Source: Candidatus Bathyarchaeia archaeon (GTDB lineage Archaea; Thermoproteota; Bathyarchaeia; Bathyarchaeales; Bathycorpusculaceae). Taken from it: 64,000 nucleotides of DNA. The DNA lies in the NCBI GenBank assembly GCA_050015395.1, contig JBEKBM010000002.1, positions 76,719 through 140,718 of the forward strand, given 5' to 3'. This document shows positions 30,601-39,799 of the stretch, one piece after another (positions within the stretch are counted from its first letter, which is position 1; every line of letters begins with the position of its first letter). The notes below the pieces were generated by a model that did no database searches, was not told the DNA's origin, and saw only the letters and a program-made list of their open reading frames with translations. Both the position numbers and the translations under genes were made by a program.

Positions 30601-31611
30601 ATGACTCAGCTCTCTCCCGAAACAATTTGGAACTTAAACGAAAAAGAACTCTTAAGCTTACTGGAATCAGGCTTCTTTACGCCCAAGCCCAAAGAAATCC
30701 GCTTTTACGCTCCAAGCTTCACCTACTACAAAACAAAATATTACTGCTCATCCCCAAATAGTTTCCCAACCATTTCCGTCACTGGTACATCTTGCGCGTT
30801 GAATTGCAAACATTGTGGGGGCAAAGTGCTTGAAACCATGCGTCCAGTGCTCTCGCCTAAGGAACTGTTTGAGTTATGCACCAAGCTGAAACAGGACGGC
30901 GCTCAAGGTTGCCTCGTTAGCGGCGGATGTTTACCCGATGGTTCTGTGCCTCTTAACCAGTTCGTGCCTGCGCTTAGGAGAATTAAGCGGGAGCTCGGCT
31001 TAACAGTTTTTGTTCATACAGGCATAATAAACCTTGAAACTGCCGTCTCGCTCATGGACGCTGAAGTTGATGCAGCATTAATCGATGTTATTGGTTCAAA
31101 AGAAACGATAAAGAAAACCTACAACCTGAACGTAACCCCTGAAGATTATGCGGACTCATTGAAGGCTTTGGACAAATCAGGATTAAATTTTGTGCCTCAC
31201 GTTATCGTTGGGTTAAATGAGGGCAAATTAGACGGTGAACTAGAAGCGCTCCAAATGATAAGCAGAGTTAAGCCTTCTGCCTTAGTAATAATAGCGTTCA
31301 TGCCAATACATGGAACAGCCATGGAGAAAGCGCCGCCGCCCAAACCAGTTGACATAGCCAAAGTCGCATCGGTGGCACGGTTGATGTTTCCAGAAACTCC
31401 GTTGATTTTGGGTTGCATGAGACCCAAAGGTGCAATACGCAGCGAAACAGACGTTTTAGCGTTGAAGGCTGGGGTGGATGCAGTTGCGTTTCCCAGTGAA
31501 GATGCCGTAAAATACGCGGAAAGCAAAGGGTGCACGATTTCTTTTTCTTCTTATTGTTGCGCTCAAATGTACATGGATGCTGCTGGAAAATTAAAAAGTA
31601 ATCGACTTTAG
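30601..31611 (+). CDS. Radical SAM protein (biotin synthase-related)
   Basis: CALNCKHC motif, LVSGG, LGCMRP. Confidence 0.88.
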   Translation: MTQLSPETIWNLNEKELLSLLESGFFTPKPKEIRFYAPSFTYYKTKYYCSSPNSFPTISVTGTSCALNCKHCGGKVLETMRPVLSPKELFELCTKLKQDGAQGCLVSGGCLPDGSVPLNQFVPALRRIKRELGLTVFVHTGIINLETAVSLMDAEVDAALIDVIGSKETIKKTYNLNVTPEDYADSLKALDKSGLNFVPHVIVGLNEGKLDGELEALQMISRVKPSALVIIAFMPIHGTAMEKAPPPKPVDIAKVASVARLMFPETPLILGCMRPKGAIRSETDVLALKAGVDAVAFPSEDAVKYAESKGCTISFSSYCCAQMYMDAAGKLKSNRL

Positions 31612-32225
31612 CTTGATTTTAACATTTTGTAGCCCAGTATAATGGTCCATGCTGAAACAATAAGTCCCGACACGAATTCTGGAATAGCCACATTTGGAAC
31701 ATAGTTAAATGCAAACAATAGTATCCAAGGCAGTGCTGCGGTAATACCAGTTGAAACCGTGAAAATTGCCATTCGCCCCTGATGAGCAAGCAAAAAAGCG
31801 CAGGTTATAATGAACATTGATATGGGCATTAGCGTGAAGAATGCTACTGAAACTGCATAGTGCGTCCCAGAATAATGCTCGTTAAAAACGCCAATAGCGA
31901 TAAGCGCTATCGTTGCTGCTGCAAAGACTGCGGCTCCAATTTTGCCAACCCAAGTTTTTCCAAGGCAGGCAAACAAGCCAAATACTGCAAAGTTTAAGGC
32001 TAAAAGCCCGCTGACGCATAGCCCGAAATTGAAGAGTAATCCAGTTATGCCTGCTATTACGCCTAAATCGCTTAAGGCATTGCTTGTCCAGCTGAAGGAG
32101 GGGTAGGATGCGATGGCTATCAAGATGCAGGGAAACGCAAGTATGGGTGCAAATATTCCTGTGGCGGCTCCGAATCTTTGTTTTCCAGTGTTTCTATATT
32201 CAGGCAACCCTTGATTCCTCAGCAA
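31608..32225 (-). CDS. DUF998-like membrane protein
   Basis: FSWTSNALSDLG, IGVFNE and AIPE motifs; multiple TM segments. Confidence 0.8.
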   Translation of the reverse strand: MLRNQGLPEYRNTGKQRFGAATGIFAPILAFPCILIAIASYPSFSWTSNALSDLGVIAGITGLLFNFGLCVSGLLALNFAVFGLFACLGKTWVGKIGAAVFAAATIALIAIGVFNEHYSGTHYAVSVAFFTLMPISMFIITCAFLLAHQGRMAIFTVSTGITAALPWILLFAFNYVPNVAIPEFVSGLIVSAWTIILGYKMLKSS

Positions 32226-32327
32226 CTTAAATGGCGATAACTTGCTTTAAGAATTTGCGTCCTCAGGAACAAGCCGCCTCAACGTCTGCGGTAAACGAGC
32301 AAAGAAGCAAAGTCTGCTGGCAAAAAT

Positions 32328-32364
32328 TCTTAAATCTGAATAGCGTAGAAATAGATTAGCCATG
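32328..32364 (+). promoter_or_regulatory. Orphan copy of the conserved cassette leader
   Basis: TCTTAAATCTGAATAGCGTAGAAATAGATTAGCC-ATG with no convincing gene downstream. Confidence 0.7.
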
Positions 32365-32415
32365 TTGATTTTTTGCCCATTTCGCGTGGATGCTTACCTG
32401 CTCGTCAGTGTGATT

Positions 32416-32640
32416 CTATCTCTTCAAGTGTGTGGCCTTCCATTTTTCTTGAAGCTTTTCGGCAAGATTACCATTTTCAAGAATGAAGGCTCCACGGTAG
32501 CCGCAGTTTTTGCACTGCCATAACGACCAGAGTTGAGGCATGCCCTGAGCCCAGAACACATCGAGTGAACCGCATTTCGGACAGAACTTAACTGGAAATT
32601 TGCTTTTCTTATTTTGTCTCGTTGATGTATCAGTCAACAA
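32416..32640 (-). CDS. Small zinc-ribbon protein
   Basis: FCPKCGS...WQCKNCGYRG. Confidence 0.75.
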   Translation of the reverse strand: MLTDTSTRQNKKSKFPVKFCPKCGSLDVFWAQGMPQLWSLWQCKNCGYRGAFILENGNLAEKLQEKWKATHLKR

Positions 32641-32980
32641 GCATCACTACATCCATTAATGTTTTAATATCTTTTTATTTGTTAGCTTGAGCGTATTAAT
32701 TAATTTTTTATTCTCTCTCTTACCTAAGGCTCAAGGTTAAATCAGTGGTTCCTCAGAAATCTTATGTAGTAAAATCAGTATAGATTCATTGTTAAATCAT
32801 GTATATTCTTCAAAAAATCCTTCGAGAGTCTGCCTTTCATCTTCCACTTTATCGATTCTTTCAGATCAGTATAGTGAAAGTAGAACATCCAAAGTAGTTA
32901 GTTCTCGTTAGCGTGCGCCACCGAGTAAAGGCTGATAGTTTTTTAATAGCTAAAACGTATAGCTTTCATGAAGTGAAAGA

Positions 32981-33145
32981 TTGCGAAAAAAGTCCGAAGC
33001 ATTTGCGATAATCTGTATAATTTTCTTCTTAGTTTTTGGTATATCCATTCTATGGCTCAATAATAATTTATTGACATGGTCATCAGGAGTTCTAGCATCT
33101 GCTACGGGGCTTCTTTCCACTTACTTTAACAAAAAAGGTTCTTAA
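32981..33145 (+). CDS. 54-aa two-TM protein (absent from ORF track)
   Basis: TTG start; MRKKSEAFAIICIIFFLVFGISILWL...TYFNKKGS*. Confidence 0.45.
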   Translation: MRKKSEAFAIICIIFFLVFGISILWLNNNLLTWSSGVLASATGLLSTYFNKKGS

Positions 33146-33203
33146 GAAGATTTATAATTAAACTCTGGGATAAAGAAGGATGGAAAACTCGGCAAAATCT
33201 TGA

Positions 33204-33440
33204 TTGGAGGAGAATAAAATGGTAGAAGTTGACAACAGTAAATCTTTCATGAAAAAAAATGAAAAAACTATTTCATGGATAGCTATTATTATTGGAGTGG
33301 TTTCATTGTTAGTATATGGTCTAATTGGAATAATAGCTATTATCTTAGGCTATTGGATTTTCAAACAAAAAACTTACAAAACAAACGGTGAAATTGCAAT
33401 AGTTCTTGGAATTGCAGGAATTGTATTATCTCTGATATGA
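33204..33440 (+). CDS. Small membrane protein
   Basis: Hydrophobic 78-aa ORF. Confidence 0.6.
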   Translation: MEENKMVEVDNSKSFMKKNEKTISWIAIIIGVVSLLVYGLIGIIAIILGYWIFKQKTYKTNGEIAIVLGIAGIVLSLI

Positions 33441-33644
33441 GGAATGTTAAATCATAACGTGCCAAACCCAGTTAAAAAATTATTGAACTTTTCCAAACGT
33501 GAGGTAGTTGGAACCTAAACGGATTAAGCGTTTCTTTTTATGCGAATATTTTAGAACCCGTTCTTTCAGAATGGTCGCTTAATAATTAAAATACCGAAAA
33601 ACCTAAAACAAATCCAAGTTAATGCTATGTGAGGAAAAGGGAAA

Positions 33645-33836
33645 ATGGGATACCCTGTATGGACACACACTTCAGACAGATACTATGCACAAATGATGCA
33701 TGAAGGCGAAGAAAACAAGCTGTCGTCAGAGAATAGCGAGCTAAGAAAAGAAAATGAAGCACTCAAAGCAAGAAACAAAGAGCTCGAAGATGAAAACAAA
33801 GACCTGAAAAAATACATAGACTCTTTGAAATGCTGA
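33645..33836 (+). CDS. Small coiled-coil protein
   Basis: Heptad ENxxL repeats; purine-rich RBS. Confidence 0.55.
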   Translation: MGYPVWTHTSDRYYAQMMHEGEENKLSSENSELRKENEALKARNKELEDENKDLKKYIDSLKC

Positions 33837-33900
33837 TGAGAAATACTTGAAAAGACAGCAACGAGCTAGAGAACTCGGAATTTGAATATTAAGATACTAA

Positions 33901-33953
33901 TTTTTCATAAAGATAAATCTTAAATCTGCATAACGTAGAAATAGCCTAACATG
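33901..33953 (+). promoter_or_regulatory. Conserved cassette leader
   Basis: TTTTTCATAAAGATAAATCTTAAATCTGCATAACGTAGAAATAGCCTAAC-ATG. Confidence 0.8.
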
Positions 33954-34238
33954 ACAAAAAGATTTACAGCTATCATCCTCATTGCCAATGTCATAATGGG
34001 TTTGCTTCTTTATCTTTCCAGTCAATTGGTGCTCTCAGAACTCAATGGTGCGACGCTAAGCGGATATAGTATTACCTCAATTGGCATAACGCCAACACAG
34101 GTTGGTCAAGTTATTGTTCCGATTGCGATGTCAATGGCTAACTTCCCGTTCTATGTCTTTGTCCTCTTTTTGATAGTAAATGCTTGCTTCATAATAAAAC
34201 TGCTAATAAGCAAAGAAACAAAACAGAACCCTTCTTAA
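33951..34238 (+). CDS. Hypothetical two-TM membrane protein
   Basis: 95-aa ORF starting exactly at the end of the conserved leader. Confidence 0.7.
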   Translation: MTKRFTAIILIANVIMGLLLYLSSQLVLSELNGATLSGYSITSIGITPTQVGQVIVPIAMSMANFPFYVFVLFLIVNACFIIKLLISKETKQNPS

Positions 34239-34299
34239 ACCCACATAATGACATTTTGAGCTATTACAGCTAAGAGGACATCATTCATTCTTTTATTCC

Positions 34300-34352
34300 C
34301 TAAGTTTCTTTCTATTCTGCAAACTACATTAAACGGTTACTACAACCATTCA
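34300..34352 (+). repeat. 53-bp downstream element, copy 2
   Basis: 47/53 identical to the reverse complement of 19981-20033. Confidence 0.8.
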
Positions 34353-34424
34353 GGGGTTAGAAACTTCGATATTTACAAAGTACATTAAGGCGCTATAATG
34401 GTCTCGGTAAGCTAGAAACTTGGA

Positions 34425-34468
34425 GAGATAAGTCTTAAATCTACATAGCATAGATACAGTTTATTATG
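34425..34468 (+). promoter_or_regulatory. Conserved cassette leader (divergent 3' half)
   Basis: GATAAGTCTTAAATCTACATAGCATAGATACAGTTTATT-ATG. Confidence 0.7.
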
Positions 34469-35158
34469 GGCGAAAAAGAAAAAGGATTCAATCCCACTTT
34501 TGAGAATGGTGGTTATTGGGAGTACTACAAAGATTTAGAACGACAATTTGAAGGCTTCTTAGAGTACGTTCCTTACTTAGAAGGAAATGAAAAAACGTAT
34601 TCTTTTAGATTGGCTAATATTTTGCTCTCTATTGGAAGTCACGTGGATTCTGCTTTTAAGGAAATGTCGGGATATCCTGATTTTTTGGAAAGAGAAAGTT
34701 GTAAAGAGATTTTGAGAAGAGCAAATGACAAAGAAGGAATCATAATAAGTGGTGTTCGTGCCTTCGATGAAATATACGGGTTATCCTCAAAAGAAGTAAC
34801 TTTCAAATGTCTCCCCGAAAGGATGCAGATTACTCCTTTCAAAAGGGTTAAACCTGAATGGTGGGATTGCTATAATGACGTAAAGCATGACATCAGCAAT
34901 AATCTTTCAAAGGCAACTCTGAATGCTGTAAGAGATGCCCTCGCTGGAGCTTTCTTACTGAATGTTGTTCATATACCCTCTGCTTTGAGATTATATAATT
35001 ATGGTGTCCTTCAAACAAGGATGACTTACCAAGGGAGTGTAGGAATATACGGTGATATAGGAACATCAATTTCAGTAATAAGAAACTCCATAATGAAAAA
35101 GGAAAAAATCACTGGGGATGTTGAGACTTCTATTTTCAAATATGATTATTACCAGTGA
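34466..35158 (+). CDS. Hypothetical helical protein, possibly HEPN-like
   Basis: YWEYYKDLE, TYS..LA.IL and PEWW..YNDVKH pattern. Confidence 0.6.
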   Translation: MGEKEKGFNPTFENGGYWEYYKDLERQFEGFLEYVPYLEGNEKTYSFRLANILLSIGSHVDSAFKEMSGYPDFLERESCKEILRRANDKEGIIISGVRAFDEIYGLSSKEVTFKCLPERMQITPFKRVKPEWWDCYNDVKHDISNNLSKATLNAVRDALAGAFLLNVVHIPSALRLYNYGVLQTRMTYQGSVGIYGDIGTSISVIRNSIMKKEKITGDVETSIFKYDYYQ

Positions 35159-35286
35159 AAAATCTCAGTTTAAATGTTCTTGTTCTATCAAGTACCTTGA
35201 AAAGGTTACCATACATTAGAATCTATAGGTTTTCACAAAGACAAGTCTTAAATCTTCATAGCATGAAAGTGGAATTGAGGGAGAAA

Positions 35287-35871
35287 ATGTCTTGGAAAGG
35301 CTGTATTGATAAAGTTAACGAAGCAATGTGCGAATTGATGAGATACGATGTGGAATTCATTGATGATAAAGGCTTTTCGGAATTTCTTGACCACTTAAAA
35401 GGACTTAAGGGGACTCGGTTTAGCGACCGCTACAATTCAGACTTTAGAAACTTGGATATAACTGGCTATTTTTCTGTGGGAATAAGCGACCTTCTATGCG
35501 ACCGTTCAGAAAAATGCCGAGCTAATATCAGGCTAATTTCGCCTACGTTTGGGGATGCAACCAAGAAGCCAGATTATAATAACTTGACAGCGCTCAGAAA
35601 GATGCAAGATGCTGGTATTGAAATCAAAGTAAACGATATGCTTCATGCAAGACTTTTTGTTGGTTACAACCAAGAAGTATCCCTAAGTAATGATATTTTG
35701 TTATTAGGCTCATTTGATTTCAATAGAGAAGGTTTAAGCGGAGAGAAGAGAAACGCAGGAATCATAACTCGGAATCCAGACTTAGTAAAGTCTGCAAGAG
35801 AGTTCTTCGAAGGAATGTGGACAGACAGCCATTACACAAAATCGCTAAATGAAAAGTACCCACTCAAATAA
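35287..35871 (+). CDS. Phospholipase D-like domain protein (variant HxR...GSxD)
   Basis: LHARLFV...LLGSFDF...NAGI..RNP...F..MW; likely start MSWKG after a leader copy at 35239 (track start 35155). Confidence 0.7.
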   Translation: MSWKGCIDKVNEAMCELMRYDVEFIDDKGFSEFLDHLKGLKGTRFSDRYNSDFRNLDITGYFSVGISDLLCDRSEKCRANIRLISPTFGDATKKPDYNNLTALRKMQDAGIEIKVNDMLHARLFVGYNQEVSLSNDILLLGSFDFNREGLSGEKRNAGIITRNPDLVKSAREFFEGMWTDSHYTKSLNEKYPLK

Positions 35872-36108
35872 AACCTAATGGAATCTTCACTTTTTTAGTG
35901 TTAAATCACCAAGTTTCTTAGTTAAATAAAATTTCTATTACTAATTAGAGCATAGACCTTAAGCAAGAAAAAACTATTAAGTTAGCTGTCATAGTAAAGA
36001 CGTTGACCTTAAAATGATTGGGTTAAGAGTAAATTACAATATTGCAAGTATTGGCACTCTTAAATTCCTAATCATTGTTAGGCTATGAAGAGTTAGGCTG
36101 GGAATAAT

Positions 36109-37197
36109 TTGGATTTAGAAAAGAAGATTGAGCTTATCTGCAGACCGCCAACAGAAGAAGTAATAACGCTGGAAGATTTGCGTAGCCTTTTGGAAACAGA
36201 AGAGCACCCTATAGCCTATAACGGTTGGGAGCCTTCTGGTCTGGCGCATTTGGGAACAGGCGTTATTTGCGCTTACAAAATGAAAGACTTCGCAGAAGCA
36301 GGTGTGCACTTTAAAGCGTATTTGTCAACGTGGCACGCATGGTTAAACAACAAGTTAGATGGCGATTTAACTCTTATCCGCAAAGCTGCTGACCTCTTTA
36401 GGCATTCCTGGCTTGCCCTCGGCGTGCCCGGTGACAAAGTTGAGTTCATTTATTCTGATGAGCTCTACAGAGACATTGACTATTGGGCTAAAACAGTCAT
36501 AATCGCAAAAAACTTAACCATTGCCAGAACCACCCGAACCTTAGAGATAGCGGGAAGAAAAGAAGCTGAAGCCCATTACGTTTCAGACTACCTATACACC
36601 CCCATGCAAGTCGCAGACATTTTTCACATGAAAGTAAAAATTTGCCAGTTAGGAATGGATCAGCGAAAAGCAAACGTGGTTGCAAGGGAAATAGGCGAAA
36701 AAATCGGCTGCTGGAAACCCGTCTGCATTCACCACCATCTACTGCAAGGTTTAGAGAAGCCTAAAATTTGGCCGATTCCCGAGGGACAGGAAAAAGAAGC
36801 CGTAGCTTCAGCCAAGATGTCTAAAAGCAAGCCTCAAACATGCATATTCATCTATGACAGCCCAGACGAGATAAAGCAGAAAATGGCGAAAGCTTTCTGC
36901 CCAGAAAAAACCGTCAAATTCAACCCAGTACTAGACATCTGCAAATACATTATCTTTAGAGAAAAATCGGTCTTCAAAATCGAGCGTCCAGCAAAATTCG
37001 GAGGAAACATACAGTTCCAAAGTTTCCAAGAGCTTGAATCAGCCTATGCAGAGGGCAAACTGCATCCTCAAGACCTAAAAAACGGTGTTGCAACCGAACT
37101 TGCAGACATACTGGAGCCTGTTAGACGATACTTTGCAAATAACAAGGAAGCTAAAGACTGCTTGGAAACTGTGCGGCAAGCTAAGATTACAAGGTAA
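36109..37197 (+). CDS. tyrS: Tyrosine-tRNA ligase (archaeal type)
   Basis: YNGWEPSGLAHLG (HIGH), YTPMQVAD, GMDQRK and KMSKS motifs. Confidence 0.95.
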   Translation: MDLEKKIELICRPPTEEVITLEDLRSLLETEEHPIAYNGWEPSGLAHLGTGVICAYKMKDFAEAGVHFKAYLSTWHAWLNNKLDGDLTLIRKAADLFRHSWLALGVPGDKVEFIYSDELYRDIDYWAKTVIIAKNLTIARTTRTLEIAGRKEAEAHYVSDYLYTPMQVADIFHMKVKICQLGMDQRKANVVAREIGEKIGCWKPVCIHHHLLQGLEKPKIWPIPEGQEKEAVASAKMSKSKPQTCIFIYDSPDEIKQKMAKAFCPEKTVKFNPVLDICKYIIFREKSVFKIERPAKFGGNIQFQSFQELESAYAEGKLHPQDLKNGVATELADILEPVRRYFANNKEAKDCLETVRQAKITR

Positions 37198-37202
37198 AAT
37201 GT

Positions 37203-37613
37203 TTGTCAACAAAGCTTAAAGAGAGACAGCAAAAAATCCAGCAAATCATAACCAAATTAACAGAAGAGTCAGCAAAGGGAAACCCCATAATTGTTGAGGG
37301 CAAAAAAGACGCCCAAGCCCTTCGTGAGCTAGGCGTTAACGGCAGCATCTTGGCGGTGAAAACTGGCGGCAAATCCTTCCTTGAAGCAACCGCAGAAATA
37401 GAAAAGCTCGGCGCTCACGAAGTTATTCTTCTCTTAGACTTTGACAGAAGAGGTAAAGAAGGCACCAAACGCCTACGAGAGAGCTTGGAACGGGCAAAAA
37501 TCAAAGCAAATATTAAGTTTTGGCGTGAGCTACAAGCGCTGGTTGGTCGAGAAATCCAATGCATTGAAAGCTTGACAACTTATTTGAACACCCTTCAAGA
37601 AAAAGTCATGTAA
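37203..37613 (+). CDS. Small TOPRIM-domain protein
   Basis: IIVEGKKD and LLDFDRRG motifs. Confidence 0.88.
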   Translation: MSTKLKERQQKIQQIITKLTEESAKGNPIIVEGKKDAQALRELGVNGSILAVKTGGKSFLEATAEIEKLGAHEVILLLDFDRRGKEGTKRLRESLERAKIKANIKFWRELQALVGREIQCIESLTTYLNTLQEKVM

Positions 37614-37882
37614 TTTGGCAGCCAAGATTGGTTGTAGAATTGGTTCTTCTATCTTATGGAAGATTTCAGCAGTTACCAATGAGGAATGATGGATAGACGC
37701 ACTGTTGCTATGAGAATTACTCCTAAATTGTAGTTAGGGGTATGCTTTTTGCTTGGTAATTTAACTACCAAAAAAGAGTACCCCTTTTGGTTAGCCAGCT
37801 TTTCAAACGAGCCTTTTTTACCTTTCAGGCCAGAGAATTGTTTTTATAAATCGCCAATCTCCCTATACTGTGGCGAAGTTTT

Positions 37883-38458
37883 ATGGCTATGAATCCTGTT
37901 ATAGACGCAATAAAATCAAGACGAGCAATTCGCAGTTTTGAAGATAAACCGGTTCCTGACAAGGCACTCAAAGTGTTGCTTGAGGCTGCAACTTATGCGC
38001 CTTCTGCCATCAATATTCAACCCTGGAAATTTACAATAGTCACCAATAAAGAGGAAATGAAGCGCCTCTCGGACATGGCAAAGCCTGCCTTGATTCGGTC
38101 GCTGCCTGATGTGGGTGACGAGGGCTTAGTTGGCCTAAAGCGGCGACTATCTGACCCACAGTACAATATTTTCTATAACGCACCTTTACTGATTTTTGTT
38201 TCTGGCGCTAAATCTCGTTACGCAGTTTACGACTGTTCCATGGCAGCGCAAAACATGATGCTTGCCGCCTACTCGCTGGGCATAGGAAGTTGCTGGATAG
38301 GCACTGCAGTTTCCACTGCGAATAATCCAAAGGTTAAAGCGGACCTCGGTATCCCAGAGGATCATGAAGTACATGCTGCAATCATCTTCGGCTATCCCAA
38401 AGAAATTCCTAAGGCACCTGTGAAGCGTCCGGCTCAGGTTCTCAAACGGATAGACTGA
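37883..38458 (+). CDS. Nitroreductase family protein
   Basis: RRAIR, APSAINIQPW and LGIGSCWIG motifs. Confidence 0.92.
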   Translation: MAMNPVIDAIKSRRAIRSFEDKPVPDKALKVLLEAATYAPSAINIQPWKFTIVTNKEEMKRLSDMAKPALIRSLPDVGDEGLVGLKRRLSDPQYNIFYNAPLLIFVSGAKSRYAVYDCSMAAQNMMLAAYSLGIGSCWIGTAVSTANNPKVKADLGIPEDHEVHAAIIFGYPKEIPKAPVKRPAQVLKRID

Positions 38459-38468
38459 GGGGATCAGA

Positions 38469-39209
38469 ATGGACATCAAAGGTAAAGTTGCCATTGTAAC
38501 TGGAGCATCTTCAGGTATCGGATTAGCTACAGCGAAACTTCTTTCAAGCAAAGGCGCCAAGCTGGCTTTAGTCGCCCGCTCAAAAGACAAAATAGATAAG
38601 CTTGCTAAAGAACTGCCCGATGCGATTGTCATTACTGCAGATATTTCTAAGGTTGAAGATGTTAAGAACATGGTTAAGCAGGCATATGAGCACTTTGGAC
38701 GGATAGATATTCTCGTTAATAATGCTGGTCGAGGATACGATGTGCCAGTCGAGAAGACGGATATTGAAATTTTCCATTACCTTTTTGATTTAGATGTTGT
38801 CGGCCCACTGGTTGCCATGAAAGAAGCTATTCCGCTTATGCGACGGCAAGGTGGAGGAACAATCGTTAACGTAAGTTCAGGAACAGCGTTGATGTACTTG
38901 CCTGATAACGGTCCATATTCAGGATTAAAACGGGCGTTAGCTCACATCAGCTTAACTGCAAGAACAGAACTCGAAAAAGACAAAATAGTTGTCAGCGTTG
39001 TTTACCCGTACATTACGCTCACTGATTTTGATAAGAACACCATCAAAGATGCTTCCCTGCAAGAACATGAAGAAACACCAGAAGCTCAGGAGGCATTTAG
39101 TAAAGCTGACCAGCCTGAGTACACAGCGCAACGGATAGTTGCGGGTATTGAAAGCGGGGAAGCTGAAATTTTCGGGCACGATTGGATGAAGAGGGCTCCA
39201 CCAGCCTAA
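38469..39209 (+). CDS. Short-chain dehydrogenase/reductase
   Basis: TGASSGIG, NNAG and YSGLK motifs. Confidence 0.92.
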   Translation: MDIKGKVAIVTGASSGIGLATAKLLSSKGAKLALVARSKDKIDKLAKELPDAIVITADISKVEDVKNMVKQAYEHFGRIDILVNNAGRGYDVPVEKTDIEIFHYLFDLDVVGPLVAMKEAIPLMRRQGGGTIVNVSSGTALMYLPDNGPYSGLKRALAHISLTARTELEKDKIVVSVVYPYITLTDFDKNTIKDASLQEHEETPEAQEAFSKADQPEYTAQRIVAGIESGEAEIFGHDWMKRAPPA

Positions 39210-39233
39210 AAAGGTTGGACTTTTAAAAAAGAT

Positions 39234-39347
39234 TTAGGGTTTCCTTGTTGCTTGCCAAAGACCCAACATGTTTCCTTCTGTGTCTTGAATATACGCTGTG
39301 CTTCCTATGTTAGGGACTGCCATTTTGCCCATGACGAGATTGCCGCC
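39234..39347 (-). pseudogene. C-terminal remnant of a VOC/glyoxalase family gene
   Basis: Reverse strand reads GGNLVMGKMAVPNIGSTAYIQDTEGNMLGLWQ, with no N-terminal half. Confidence 0.65.
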
Positions 39348-39691
39348 TAAACGGGTTGGCTGCCCATTAATTTGGATAAGGTTGCAACGAGCACTTCAAT
39401 GCGTTCACTTGTCCTGCCATAATCTGCCACTGATGTAATCGTGGTCACAGGAGTTTCTGCTGCAATGGACATCTGTGTGGTCTTTTCATCTACCTTTGAC
39501 AAATTTACTGTGAGCTTTGAGGAGTAGGACAAAAAGGCGCCTTTAGTTTTAATCTTAACGTAATGTGTCTCCTCGTTTGCTTCTTGTATTGTCCATTCAA
39601 GCTTAGCAACTGCTTTTGGAATAGCTTCCCAAACCGCGTTAAGCGGGTATGAAACTTCAAGTTTCTCTTTTGCTTCTCGCAAGTAAGCCAT
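39347..39691 (-). CDS. Hypothetical protein
   Basis: 114-aa ORF with alpha/beta composition. Confidence 0.7.
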   Translation of the reverse strand: MAYLREAKEKLEVSYPLNAVWEAIPKAVAKLEWTIQEANEETHYVKIKTKGAFLSYSSKLTVNLSKVDEKTTQMSIAAETPVTTITSVADYGRTSERIEVLVATLSKLMGSQPV

Positions 39692-39799
39692 TTTTTGTTA
39701 CCTTAATCTTTTAGGTATTATCCTTTATTAAAAGCGCATGGTAACACTTTGAATCCTTTAAAGGGAAAAATCGAACAAATGCAAGTTGATCCGCTAATT

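Noticed and set aside
35155-35286. N-terminal extension of the PLD ORF from GTG 35155
   Set aside because: The region contains a promoter-like leader copy and an RBS before ATG 35287, so the extension is probably non-coding.
20846-35289. Conserved leader as a classical integron attC
   Set aside because: No RYYYAAC...GTTRRRY ends or long imperfect palindrome, and no intI in the window; kept as a distinct finding instead.
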